A DNA stretch of 64,000 nucleotides from a candidate division FCPU426 bacterium. Its GTDB lineage: Bacteria > Oederibacteriota > Muellerivitia > Muellerivitales > Muellerivitaceae. How positions within the stretch are numbered: position 1 is the first letter of the stretch; every line of letters begins with the position of its first letter. Positions 20,175 through 29,403 of this stretch are shown here, piece by piece. Under the pieces are notes generated by a model, which was given only the letters and a program-made list of their open reading frames with translations, ran no database searches and was not told the origin of the DNA. A program made the translations under genes and the position numbers. Location of the stretch: the NCBI GenBank assembly GCA_963847625.1, contig CAWKAR010000050.1, positions 1 to 64,000 of the forward strand, read 5' to 3'.

Positions 20175-20475
20175 ACGAAACTCAGGGAACAAAGGGGAAG
20201 GCTTCCCACACCCTGCCCAGACCTTGAAATCTCTTGGCCGATTGCCTGAAAACGGTTTTTAAACTTCCGGGTAGGTTATTCGTAAAACCCTTCCACCGGT
20301 CAGGCAAATGGCCTGTGTGGGCGGGGGCAATGGGCATGAAACCCTCGACTCTTTTACTCCGGTTGGAATAAGATTTTTAACAAGCAGCGGGTTTATTCGG
20401 TATTTCAAAGAGGTTTTGATTGAGACGCTTCCATTTCGCGTCCCACCTTTAAATAAATCAACCAAGGAGTGAGTC

Positions 20476-21108
20476 ATGATCCAATGTAAAAGCGCCATTT
20501 TGCTTTTCGCGGCCGGGCTAGCATTTTCAACGGGAAGGTTGTGCGCGGACGACACGATTCCCGTTCCACAGACCCCCACCACGCCTACCACTAAAGCCGC
20601 CGTCGCCAGCAAGGAGGCCAAGACCGAAAGCCCGGCCGTGTCCCCTATGAAGGCGGCCCTGGCTTTAGCCGAGGCCGGCAAGACCGACGAGGCTGTCGCG
20701 GCTTTTGAGAAAATGGGAGTCCAGAAGACCAAGAGAGTGGAAGCCTGGCGGCTCAATAACGAGGGCCTGGCCTACCTGATCGCTGACAAGCCCGAAAAGG
20801 CCCTGCCGCTTTTAGAAAAGGCCGTGGCCGCCAACGCGGATAATTACGTAGCCTTGAACAACCTGGGAATCGCCTATGAGCAGACCGGAGCGCTCGAGAA
20901 GGCCAAGGACGCTTACCAGAAGTCGATCGACGCGGCCAAGACGGCCGATGCCACCTCGGCCAAGGCCGAGGACAACCTGAAAAACCTTCAGGCGAGGCTG
21001 GACAAGATCGCGGCCAAAAAAGAAAAGGCGGCCAAGAAGGCCGGCGCTAAATCCCCGGCCACCCCTGTCAAGAGCACCCCCGCGGCGGGAGGGGATGAGA
21101 AGAAGTAA
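20476..21108 (+). CDS. Secreted TPR protein
   Basis: AAGGAG RBS, signal peptide, NNEGLAY and NNLGIAY TPR units. Confidence 0.85.
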   Translation: MIQCKSAILLFAAGLAFSTGRLCADDTIPVPQTPTTPTTKAAVASKEAKTESPAVSPMKAALALAEAGKTDEAVAAFEKMGVQKTKRVEAWRLNNEGLAYLIADKPEKALPLLEKAVAANADNYVALNNLGIAYEQTGALEKAKDAYQKSIDAAKTADATSAKAEDNLKNLQARLDKIAAKKEKAAKKAGAKSPATPVKSTPAAGGDEKK

Positions 21109-21126
21109 GGCCTTTTAGCTCAAACC

Positions 21127-21165
21127 AAAAAGCCCTTCCCGTGGAAACACGGGGGGGCTTTTTTT
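21127..21165. terminator. Bidirectional intrinsic terminator
   Basis: A-run, gcccttcccgtg-gaaa-cacgggggggc, T-run. Confidence 0.8.
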
Positions 21166-21211
21166 GTCCGGTTACGCCAAAAAAGAGTGGATCGGCTTTA
21201 AACCTCTCCAA

Positions 21212-21340
21212 TCAACGCAAGACCAGTATTTTGAAAATTCGGGTGGCGGAGGTGGCTTCCAAAGTGACCTTGACCCGGAGGAAATAAAGTCCATCGGCCA
21301 CAGGTTTGCCCCAATGGCCGTTCAAAACCCATGTTTTAAC
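21212..21340 (-). pseudogene. Orphan C-terminal fragment resembling a FlgD-Ig/T9SS-type tail domain
   Basis: WVLNGHWGKPVADGLYFLRVKV...KILVLR* resembles the WDG..G..VA.GxY.....K.... consensus; the rest of the domain and a signal peptide are missing. Confidence 0.55.
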
Positions 21341-21428
21341 CCCGTAAAATCCCCTCATTTTTATTTTTTCCGGGAGTTTTTTCCTTCTTGACCCGTCCAA
21401 ATCTAAAGACATCTTAGGGGAGCTTTCC

Positions 21429-21695
21429 ATGAAAAGTTAAATCCGGGTTAAAAACAAGTTTGGACTGCACCTTCGGGCGGTAGCCCGGCTGGTCCTAATA
21501 GCGAACGCTTATGACTGTCCGATTGCGGTTAAAAAAAATGGAAAAACCGCCAGCGCCAGGAGCATCTTTGACCTTTTAGCCCTGGCGGTGCCTGAAGGCG
21601 CCGAACTGGAAATTGAAGCCGAAGGAAAAGACGCGGAACAGGCGATCCGGGCCATTCGCGAATTGGCCCAATCCAAGTTCGGTGAATCGGAATAA
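21429..21695 (+). pseudogene. ptsH: HPr phosphocarrier with in-frame TAA at codon 4
   Basis: GGGGAG RBS; MKS*IRVKNKFGLHLRAVARLV...ASARSIFDLLALAVPEGAELEIEAEGKDAEQAI...KFGESE*; 89 codons; His15 and Ser46 equivalents present. Confidence 0.88.
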
Positions 21696-21819
21696 ACCCG
21701 CCGCGCTTCTTTCCCATAGTCCCGTCAGCGGGTATTCAGCCTTTCATCCGGCGGCCGGAAAATTCAAGGTTTGAATCGGATTGACCGGCGGTTATCCTAT
21801 CCCCGGGGGGGGTGATGGT

Positions 21820-22695
21820 TTGAAACTTTACATTATTCCGGCTTTCGCCGTTTTCCTGGGGACCTTTTCCATCCTGGGGGCGGTTCCCGCGTCCGTCGAG
21901 AACCTTAATTACAAGGTCACCCTCTCCGAGACCCAGCCTGGCCTGGACGACCAGGCCGTTCAGCAGGCGGGGCCCACCATCACCGTGGCTATCTTGGATA
22001 AAATGCGGAACACGAGGTTGGTTTATCCCCTCCAGATTTATGCGATCCATTATTACTTCCTGCGGGACGAGGCCCTGGACCTGGTCTGCCGCACCACCCT
22101 CGAGGGGGACGCCGGAGGCCCCCGTTATTCCTTCATCCAGTTGAACCTTAACAACACGCAGGATTCCCGCCAGTTTCCGCTGATGAAGCGTTTTTCCTTT
22201 TCGCCCGACGGCCAGACCCTTTTGGCGGTCCTTGACGGCTCCGGGGCGGCGGACCCAGTCGTCCTCCTGCGGATCCAGGAGTCGCCGCCGCGGATGGGGT
22301 GGATCTATTCGAGCAAGGATCAAGTCAACTTATTCACGCGGGCCCAACCGGCCCTGGCCCGGGATGTGACCGTGAACGAACCCGTCGGTTGGTCAGCCGA
22401 TTCCTCGACAGCCGCTTTCGTGGTTTCCTCCCCCGATGGCACGAAGGACGGCCAAGATCTGCCCATCCAACGGGATTACCTGGCCTGCCTGCGGCTCAGT
22501 GGGGAAGGTTTCCGGGTGGCCGCCCAGCCTTTAGATCTTATCCCCTACCATTACCACAACGGGTCGGTGATTACGGAGATTAAATGCAATGGCGACAAGG
22601 CCACGCTGTCATTCGTCCAGAGCGATTCTTCGTCCAACCTGACGGCCGAATTCCCCCTGCCCCCGGATACCCCCACCCCGCCCGCGGGGCCTTGA
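21820..22695 (+). CDS. Secreted hypothetical protein
   Basis: TTG start after GGGGTG, signal peptide, FSFSPDGQ propeller-like motif; ORF open from 21781. Confidence 0.7.
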   Translation: MKLYIIPAFAVFLGTFSILGAVPASVENLNYKVTLSETQPGLDDQAVQQAGPTITVAILDKMRNTRLVYPLQIYAIHYYFLRDEALDLVCRTTLEGDAGGPRYSFIQLNLNNTQDSRQFPLMKRFSFSPDGQTLLAVLDGSGAADPVVLLRIQESPPRMGWIYSSKDQVNLFTRAQPALARDVTVNEPVGWSADSSTAAFVVSSPDGTKDGQDLPIQRDYLACLRLSGEGFRVAAQPLDLIPYHYHNGSVITEIKCNGDKATLSFVQSDSSSNLTAEFPLPPDTPTPPAGP

Positions 22696-22965
22696 AGCCA
22701 ACCGCCTAAAAAGAATTTGACCTGACGCTTTTGGCGGTTTCGACCAGCTTCCTCCGAGCTCTTGAAAAAAGAGGGATGGGAAGTCAAATCACCTAATAAA
22801 TAAAGTTATCCCTGGAAGTTATTTGCGGTTCTTAGTCTCTTCTGTGGACAAAGATGGGAATCATGACAAGGCTGGCTCAAAAAAGTTTGGAACCTGTTTA
22901 TCAAAGGTTATCGCTAAAAGCATTGTCCGGATTTTAATGGTCTCTTTCGGGAAGAGACCAGGGGT

Positions 22966-23181
22966 TTACTGGGACGTCATCATTTTCTTAGGGCGGACCC
23001 ACAAGGCGATCTCATCGGTGGCCCAGATCTCATCCGGCAGATCGGAGTTGATGAAGACCCGCACGTATTTTTTTTTGCTGGAAATGGAAGTGCTGATCTC
23101 CTTAACGTTCAGGACAGTCCCTACCTTCCGCGTCAGGATATTGAAAACCTCGTCATTCGGCACAAATTGGAAATCCTGCAT
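22966..23181 (-). CDS. Hypothetical 71-aa protein
   Basis: Strong GGAGGAGG RBS before ATG 23181 (MQDFQFVPNDEVF...). Confidence 0.7.
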   Translation of the reverse strand: MQDFQFVPNDEVFNILTRKVGTVLNVKEISTSISSKKKYVRVFINSDLPDEIWATDEIALWVRPKKMMTSQ

Positions 23182-23442
23182 ACGTCCTCCTCCGTACTCA
23201 CCCGGAGGCATTTTACCTGAAAAAAGGGCGATCCTCTCCCAATAGTACGTAACCACACCGGGAATTGAAGAAAATGGCGGAAAAGAGACAGTTTTAATTT
23301 TCCGGGGACCTACAAGAAACTTAGGCTGAGTTTCATCACTACCTGCATAGGTTGGGGAACGCGGCCCAGGCCCATCTGAAGGCGTTATTCGCGGTCCGCT
23401 AAAAAAACTGGGGCTAAATGCCCCGGCTCCCACAATGCTTCC

Positions 23443-24114
23443 TTACTTTTTGGAATCCCCTGGTGCTTTAATTTTTATTTTTGGGCTCATTTTATCCAGA
23501 CTTGCCTTGTCCATGCCCGCGATGTCCAGGGTGATGGTCACGTCGTTGCCTACCATCAGGTTCTTGCCGCCGGAGAGTTTGTCTTGGCCCCAGTCCAGTT
23601 TGAAATCCCGTCGGTCGATTTTGGTGGCGGCCGAGAAGCCCACGATCTTAGCCACACTATTTCCATCCTTGCCCATCGGCATGGTATCCTCGCCCATGTA
23701 GTCGACGTCCAATACGACGGATTTGGTCACCCCGTGCAGGGTGAGATCGCCTGTCACTTTATATTGGTTATCGCCGTCACCCTTGGCCACGCTTTTACTG
23801 ACGAAGGTGAGGGTGGGATATTTTTCCACGTCGAAAAAATCCGGGGATTGGAGATGTTTGTCCCTCATCTCGTTGCCGGTGCTGATGCTTGCGGCCTGGA
23901 TGGTCACCTGGATCTTCCCGGATTCCGGCTTGGCCGGGTTAAAACTGAAGGTCCCATCGTAATCCTTGAATTCCCCTGGAACGGGGCTCAGGATGTGGCG
24001 CACGGAAAATCCGATATGGGTGTGTGCCTTGTCAAAACCGTATTCAGCGGCTCCGGCCGGGGGTAGAACCCCCAAAAAGAAGACCACTGTCGTGGCTAAA
24101 AAAATCTTTTTCAT
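23443..24114 (-). CDS. yceI: YceI-family periplasmic protein
   Basis: DKAHTHIGFSVRH, RDKHLQSPDFFD, GDLTLHGVTK; AAGGAG before ATG 24114. Confidence 0.93.
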   Translation of the reverse strand: MKKIFLATTVVFFLGVLPPAGAAEYGFDKAHTHIGFSVRHILSPVPGEFKDYDGTFSFNPAKPESGKIQVTIQAASISTGNEMRDKHLQSPDFFDVEKYPTLTFVSKSVAKGDGDNQYKVTGDLTLHGVTKSVVLDVDYMGEDTMPMGKDGNSVAKIVGFSAATKIDRRDFKLDWGQDKLSGGKNLMVGNDVTITLDIAGMDKASLDKMSPKIKIKAPGDSKK

Positions 24115-24269
24115 GTTCACAAACTCCTTTCTTGATTTGCGCCAGAATTGGACATATATATAAGAAAGGTGATTACTTAAAGAAAGTATCATTCGGCAAA
24201 ATTTTCCGAATGGGGTTACGGCCCAGTAACCGTTTCCAACCTCAATTGAACTGTTTTTTGGAGGAAAGA

Positions 24270-24716
24270 TTGATCCGCCATCGAGCCAATAAGTCGGGCC
24301 CGGCGCCCCAAAGCTGTCCCCTGGAAACCAGCCTGAAGATATTAGCGGGGGCTTGGTCCCCCCAGATCCTTTGGTACCTCCAGGCTGAACCGCGTCGATT
24401 CGGCGACCTCAAGCGGGATCTGGGAAAAATTTCCGCCAAAGTTCTTACCACCCGCCTGAGGGAGTTGGAAAAAAGGGGAGTTGTCGCCCGTAACGTCATG
24501 CATACCTCGCCCCCCACTGTGGAATATTCCCTGACCGAGCTGGGGCGCAAGATGAACCCGGTCCTGGAGATCATCGCCGAGGTGGGCAAGGACCTCACCC
24601 TGGCCTCCGGGGACGCAGTCCCCGAGCGGAAGGAAAAAGGCCAAGAAGCCCTGCCAAAAATCGGCGCGATCGGGTGGGATGTTTCCCTTCCTCCCCGGGA
24701 CTTACCCTTAGTTTAA
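24270..24716 (+). CDS. HxlR-family winged-helix regulator, divergent from yceI
   Basis: CPLE..LKILAGAWS, RRFGDLKR, PPTVEYSLTELG; GGAGG before TTG 24270. Confidence 0.9.
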   Translation: MIRHRANKSGPAPQSCPLETSLKILAGAWSPQILWYLQAEPRRFGDLKRDLGKISAKVLTTRLRELEKRGVVARNVMHTSPPTVEYSLTELGRKMNPVLEIIAEVGKDLTLASGDAVPERKEKGQEALPKIGAIGWDVSLPPRDLPLV

Positions 24717-24949
24717 ATTTTCCAAACCGATGCAGGACCTGAAGTTCCGATACCACTCCATCCGCTGATTAACCTTTCTTTTACTCGAAGTTCATTGAAT
24801 TTAAGCTAAAAACGTTGTGAATCCCGATGGGAAACGTCTTAACCTAATATTACTCATAGAGATACTGAGAAAAGCGCGGTAAAGTAACTTTATGGCATTT
24901 AGCACGAGAGAATTTATTTGAATCCCGATCCGGGAGATGGAGGGCAACG

Positions 24950-25117
24950 ATGGTGTTTAAAAGAAGAGATGAAAAGGAATTGTTTCCTAAAAAGAAGGAA
25001 GTCACGAAGGAAGCCATTGAGATCGAGGCTTACCATATTTGGGTGAAACGGGGAAAACCCGTTGGCAATCCCATGAACGATTGGTTGGAAGCGGAAAAAA
25101 AGTTAAAAGGGAAATAA
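24950..25117 (+). CDS. DUF2934-like 55-aa protein (not in ORF track)
   Basis: GGAGG RBS; IEIEAYHIWVKRGKPVGNPMNDWLEAEKKL. Confidence 0.82.
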   Translation: MVFKRRDEKELFPKKKEVTKEAIEIEAYHIWVKRGKPVGNPMNDWLEAEKKLKGK

Positions 25118-25312
25118 GCCGCTCAAACTTACAAATTCGATCCTGGTTTATCATCTTAAAGAGCCTCATTAATTTTTACGGTTTTCCCACGTCAATAACT
25201 TTGATTTTTTCTGCTTGCCTGGCGCCGGAAAAGCACCAATCCAGCCGTTTTATATCCTGTATTACCTGATTTAAATCATAGTATTTAGAACAAGGGAATC
25301 CTATATTCCAAT

Positions 25313-25425
25313 CAGGCGTGGGGTTCTTTAACGGCACCAATGCGGTGCCACGGGCAATTTGCCCGACTTGGTAAGAAAAGGGCCTCTGCCAACACCCTGG
25401 GTGGCTCCCCTACCTGGGGTTTTTT
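25313..25425 (+). ncRNA. Candidate structured small RNA of unknown family
   Basis: TATATT at 25302-25307; closing helix caggcgtgggg/cccctacctg; internal hairpins GGCACC/GGTGCC and CGGGCAA/TTGCCCG; T-tract at the end. Confidence 0.3.
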
Positions 25426-25557
25426 ATTTTCCGGCACCCTTCAATCCTCCCTCAACCGAACTCCCGGCATCAGTCACACTTATAGGAAATTTATTGTGCC
25501 AAGGAATAAGACCTTTTTTCCCGGTTTTTGCTCTTCCACAATTTTTCGGGATATGGA

Positions 25558-26658
25558 TTAAGTCGGCTGGTAGACGCAAAAGGGGTCCGCGCCCATCACA
25601 TCGCCTGTCAAAGCATAACTGCGGGATCGGGACCCCCCGCAATGGTAGCGGTACTCGCAGCGGCCGCATTTTCCCTGTAGGGCGTCGGAATCCCGAAGTC
25701 TCATGAACATCTCGTTTTTTTGGTATATGGCGGCCAGGGGCTGGTTTTTCACGTTGCCCCCGGGGATCGGCAGGAAACCGCTGGGGCATACGTCCCCCGT
25801 GTGGGAAATGAAAACGAAACCCCGGCCGTCGTTCACTCCCAGGGCTGCCCGGATGAGACCGGGATCACCCCCCCTCTTGAGGGCTTCCTCCAACGCGTCG
25901 GGTTTCACCCCGGCTCGCTGAAGGATGACCCGTCTAAAGTGGTGAGCCTCGGTGGTCTTGATATCGAACCAGCCTTCTTTGAGGATGTCGTAGAGCTGGT
26001 TCAGGATGACTTCCGACTCCGAGGCGTTCAGGGCCTGGGATTTATCAGCGCGCCCCGTGGGAACCAGGAAAAACACCGACCAGCGCTCGATGCCGAAAGG
26101 TTTCAAGCGCTTGGCGATATCCCAAATTTGGTCTTGGTTATGCTTTCCCACAGTGGTATTGACCTGGAGTTTCAGGCCCCACTCCTGGACCTGGGCCATG
26201 GCTTCCATGCATCGGTTGAAAGTACCGGAAATCCCGCGGAAAGTGTCGTGGGTTTGGGCGTCAGCGCCGTCCAGGGAAATGGAGATGCTTTTCAAGCCTG
26301 CTTCCTTCAACTCCCCCAATTTATCGAAAGTCAAAAGGGGAGTGACCGAGGGGGCCAAGGCAAAATTCAATCCACGCCGGGTGCATTCCCTGACCAGGGC
26401 CATGATATCCCCGCGCTTTAAGGGGTCGCCACCCGTGATGACGAAAAGGGGAACTTTCCACTCGGCGATTTGACGGATCAGGTCCAGGGCTTGGTGGGTG
26501 TCCAACTCTCCGGGATAGGGGATGGGTTCCGCGGCAGCACGGCAATGGACGCAAGCCAGGTCGCAGGCCCGGGTGGCTTCATAAATGGCGATAAAGGGTT
26601 TTTCGGAATAGCGGTGGTTCGGCTTGGACCCGACCCCTTGGAAATTGTAAGATTCCAT
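25558..26658 (-). CDS. Radical SAM/SPASM protein (TIGR04053 / AhbD-NirJ-like)
   Basis: TRACDLACVHCRA, TGGDPL, SPASM cysteines CPSG...CGRCEYRYHCGGSR...DPFC. Confidence 0.9.
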   Translation of the reverse strand: MESYNFQGVGSKPNHRYSEKPFIAIYEATRACDLACVHCRAAAEPIPYPGELDTHQALDLIRQIAEWKVPLFVITGGDPLKRGDIMALVRECTRRGLNFALAPSVTPLLTFDKLGELKEAGLKSISISLDGADAQTHDTFRGISGTFNRCMEAMAQVQEWGLKLQVNTTVGKHNQDQIWDIAKRLKPFGIERWSVFFLVPTGRADKSQALNASESEVILNQLYDILKEGWFDIKTTEAHHFRRVILQRAGVKPDALEEALKRGGDPGLIRAALGVNDGRGFVFISHTGDVCPSGFLPIPGGNVKNQPLAAIYQKNEMFMRLRDSDALQGKCGRCEYRYHCGGSRSRSYALTGDVMGADPFCVYQPT

Positions 26659-26714
26659 CTTTTCTCCTCTTGCTGAAAAAATCCGGCTGCGTTGGACTTT
26701 TCGCAGGTCGTGTC

Positions 26715-27188
26715 TTAGGAAGTTAGGGTGAAGTTGCGGAGGATCTCCCGCTTTTCAAGGTCGGAAGTGACGCGGTTCAACTCCGGAAACAGGATGGTTT
26801 GCTCCCGGAGAAAATGGTGGTTTAAAAGTTCCTTGAAGAGGTATTGTTTCTCCAAGAGGTCGAGGGTTTCCTTCCGGTGCCTTTCCTGGTCCTTCAATTC
26901 ATTGAACAGGCGGTGGAGTAAAACCAGGAATTCCCGAAGCTTCTTGTGTTCTCCGAGGAAAAGCACTGGGGCCCCACCCCGGGTCTTGCCGCATCTTTCC
27001 TTGTAAAGAGGAAACAACAGCCGTTCTTCCTCTTCCATGTGCGCCAGGAGAAGTTTATCGAATTGGTCGAAAAAAGACCAGGCTTGAGAAAATTCCCGCT
27101 GGAGCACCGTGAGTTGGTGCTGGTGGAAAAGCCATTCAAGTTGGAAATGAACCTGCTCAATCGTATCCAGGCCGATACCCGATTTCAT
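26715..27188 (-). CDS. Hemerythrin-like (HHE) protein
   Basis: H...HMEEEE...EH...HFLRE ligand pattern. Confidence 0.85.
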   Translation of the reverse strand: MKSGIGLDTIEQVHFQLEWLFHQHQLTVLQREFSQAWSFFDQFDKLLLAHMEEEERLLFPLYKERCGKTRGGAPVLFLGEHKKLREFLVLLHRLFNELKDQERHRKETLDLLEKQYLFKELLNHHFLREQTILFPELNRVTSDLEKREILRNFTLTS

Positions 27189-27237
27189 CGATCCCTCGTT
27201 GAGTCGGATTGGTTCAAAGCGGTTTGTAACTTCAATC

Positions 27238-27720
27238 CTACTGCGGCGCCGCGTTCACCGGAGTGAAACGGTCCAGGACCTTCTTACGCTCTTCCTCGTT
27301 GATCACTCGATCCAGGTCAGGCATCAGCAATTGTTCCCGCAGGTGGTGCTGATGCAAAAGGTCTTTCAAACGCAACTCTTCCTCCAAGAGCGCGAGGGCT
27401 TCCAGGCCGGGTTCTTTAGTTAATGTCCAACGGTTATAAAAGGATTGGATAATCCCCAGGGCGGCCCGAATTTTCGTATGCTCGTTGGCCAGAGTTTGGA
27501 CCGTTCCGATCTGGTCTACATCGCCGTGCACTTCTAAAAGGGGAAAAAGATGGGATTCCTCCTCCGACATATGGAGGCGAACGGCTTTTTCAAACCGCTC
27601 CAAATAAGAGGAAGCCTGGAGGGGATCGTGCCTCAGGATGAAGAGTTGGTGCTGCCGGATAAGCCATTCCAATTGGGAGTGGACCCATTCGATCTTTTGA
27701 AAGCTGCTGGTTATTTCCAT
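27238..27720 (-). CDS. Hemerythrin-like (HHE) protein, tandem paralog
   Basis: H...HMSEEE...EH...HHLRE. Confidence 0.85.
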   Translation of the reverse strand: MEITSSFQKIEWVHSQLEWLIRQHQLFILRHDPLQASSYLERFEKAVRLHMSEEESHLFPLLEVHGDVDQIGTVQTLANEHTKIRAALGIIQSFYNRWTLTKEPGLEALALLEEELRLKDLLHQHHLREQLLMPDLDRVINEEERKKVLDRFTPVNAAPQ

Positions 27721-27823
27721 GCCGCCGCCCTATCCGTCAACTACAAGCAGTTTACCACTTTCGAAGAAGGGGAATAAGAGCGCAACAACAGCAACACGAA
27801 GAATGAGAATGGGAATAAAAACG

Positions 27824-28513
27824 TTAAAACGGGGGATCGGCGTAGGCCTTGAGTTCCTTTTCCCTCAGGAGGGTCGCCACCCGGCGTTTATCCACCGAAA
27901 TCAGGTCTTTCTCCTCCAACTTGGAAAAAGCCCGGGACACCACTTCCCGCACCGAGCCCACCCGGGCCGCAATGACGGTGTTGGCGGGCAAACGCAGTTT
28001 CATCTTGTTTTTTTCGATAAAGCCCCGCCTCTTGAATTCCCGGATCAGAAAACTCGCGAGCCGCTGGTCCACCTCCCGAAGGGAAAGAGACTCCACCAGG
28101 GCCGCCGTCTTCCGGAGCCGTGCGGAAAGAATCTTCAAGGCTGCCAACGCGATCGCCGGGTGTTGAAGGCAGAGGCGTTTCACGTCCCGCTTGTCGATAA
28201 AAAGGACCTCGCTGTCCTCCTCGGCGATCACCGTGGAGGGGTAGGGACGCCCGTCGAAGACGGGGATTTCGGCGATGGTACTTCCGGATTTCTCCACGTG
28301 GATTACCTGCTCGCGGCCCTCGATGTTTTCCCGGAGGGCCTTCAAGGAACCTCTCACGATCACATAAAGGCCTTTGGCCTCCTCGCCGGCAACGAAGAGT
28401 GTTTCCCCCATCCGGAGCCGCTTTTCCACGCAGCAACCGGCCAGCGCCTTCCTTTCTCCCTCGGCGAGGGAGCCGAAAAGCTCGGTTTTCCGCAAGACTT
28501 CAGCTTTATCCAT
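27824..28513 (-). CDS. Crp/Fnr-family regulator (Dnr/HcpR-like), leaderless
   Basis: cNMP-like domain, HTH VGSVREVVSRA; TATGAT 6 nt before the ATG. Confidence 0.93.
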   Translation of the reverse strand: MDKAEVLRKTELFGSLAEGERKALAGCCVEKRLRMGETLFVAGEEAKGLYVIVRGSLKALRENIEGREQVIHVEKSGSTIAEIPVFDGRPYPSTVIAEEDSEVLFIDKRDVKRLCLQHPAIALAALKILSARLRKTAALVESLSLREVDQRLASFLIREFKRRGFIEKNKMKLRLPANTVIAARVGSVREVVSRAFSKLEEKDLISVDKRRVATLLREKELKAYADPPF

Positions 28514-28586
28514 GATCTCATCATAATCATCCCCGACCGGTGGCTCAAGCTCAGGGAAGCCGGCCGGGAATTTTTCAACCGTCCCT

Positions 28587-28602
28587 TATGACTAAAATCA
28601 TG
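28587..28602. promoter_or_regulatory. TATGAC-N4-GTCATA-type site (TATGAC TAAA ATCATG)
   Basis: Between the divergent Crp gene and the RIC-like gene; TAATAT starts 21 nt downstream (28624). Confidence 0.7.
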
Positions 28603-28660
28603 GGTGCCCAGCGGCGGAATACCTAATATAAAACAAATAAAGTTTCAGCAAGGGGCGAAC

Positions 28661-29200
28661 TTGAAAGATGAAACGGCGCGGTGGATGAATAAGCCCATCC
28701 CTGAGATCATCGACTTCATCCTCAAAAAACACCATGCTTATACCCGGGAGCAGATGGAACGCCTCCTGAACCTTTCCAAAAAAACAGTCCGGACCCACGG
28801 AACGAAACATCCGGAATTGCTGCAACTGAACGTGATCCTCATGGAAATGAACGAGGAGTTGGAAGGCCATATGACCCGGGAGGAGAAGGAAGTGTTTCCC
28901 CACTTGAGGAAATTAACGGAAGGAAGTAGAAAGGCGAAAAAAAACACCGATTCAACCCTTGACAAGAAAAATAGGGACCGTTTGATCCACTTGCAAATGT
29001 GGGAACACGGCATGACAGGCGAGGAATGGTTAGAAATCCACCGGTTGACGAGAGATTACACCACCCCTCCTGATGCCGGCTCATCCTATAAATCGCTTTA
29101 CCGGGGGCTGAGGGAAATGGAGGCGGACATGCATCGGCACATCCACCTGGAAAATAATGTGCTTTTCCACCGGATCGTCGAGATAGGGTTTTTGAAATAA
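28661..29200 (+). CDS. RIC/YtfE/ScdA-like di-iron protein lacking the N-terminal ScdA_N domain
   Basis: KHHAYTR, HGTKHPEL, HMTREEKEVFP, EH, HIHLENNVLF; TTG 28661 after AAGGGG. Confidence 0.85.
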   Translation: MKDETARWMNKPIPEIIDFILKKHHAYTREQMERLLNLSKKTVRTHGTKHPELLQLNVILMEMNEELEGHMTREEKEVFPHLRKLTEGSRKAKKNTDSTLDKKNRDRLIHLQMWEHGMTGEEWLEIHRLTRDYTTPPDAGSSYKSLYRGLREMEADMHRHIHLENNVLFHRIVEIGFLK

Positions 29201-29249
29201 ATTTGGATAATCACATAACCTCATGAGGTTTTTACCGGCGGGTTTAAGA

Positions 29250-29403
29250 CCCCGGCTTTAGCCGGGGGCATGCCAACTATTTATAAAGAATAAAAAGAGG
29301 TTGGTGTAGTACCGATCTCAATATGTATTTATGGAAGATCGGCACAAGCCGTGTAATTGGCCGGGGTCCATGCCCCGGCCAAGTGGCGACCCAAAGGGTC
29401 GTC
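29250..29403. repeat. Cluster of GC-rich palindromes (REP/MITE-like or structured leader)
   Basis: CCCCGGC-TTTA-GCCGGGG (29250-29267), TTGGCCGGGG-TCCATG-CCCCGGCCAA (29357-29382), GGCGACCC-AAA-GGGTCGTC (29385-29403), ccgatct/agatcgg. Confidence 0.6.

Noticed and set aside
21438..21440. Genetic code reassignment of TAA
   Set aside because: Many genes here (purE, acs, aconitase, HPr itself) end in TAA at the expected position.
21509..21524. TATGAC half-site
   Set aside because: Lies inside the HPr coding sequence with no matching right arm.
25330..25351. tracrRNA-like hairpin (GTGGCACCG...GGTGC on the minus strand)
   Set aside because: Short resemblance only; no anti-repeat, cas9 or array.
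28604..28660. N-terminal extensions in the ORF track (also 24024, 43085, 44481, 23433)
   Set aside because: Downstream starts have SD sequences and match family boundaries; the extensions run over promoters or neighbouring genes.
29250..29267. Intact IS200/IS605 or IscB/TnpB element
   Set aside because: Only a hairpin resembles the ends; no transposase or nuclease ORF is present.
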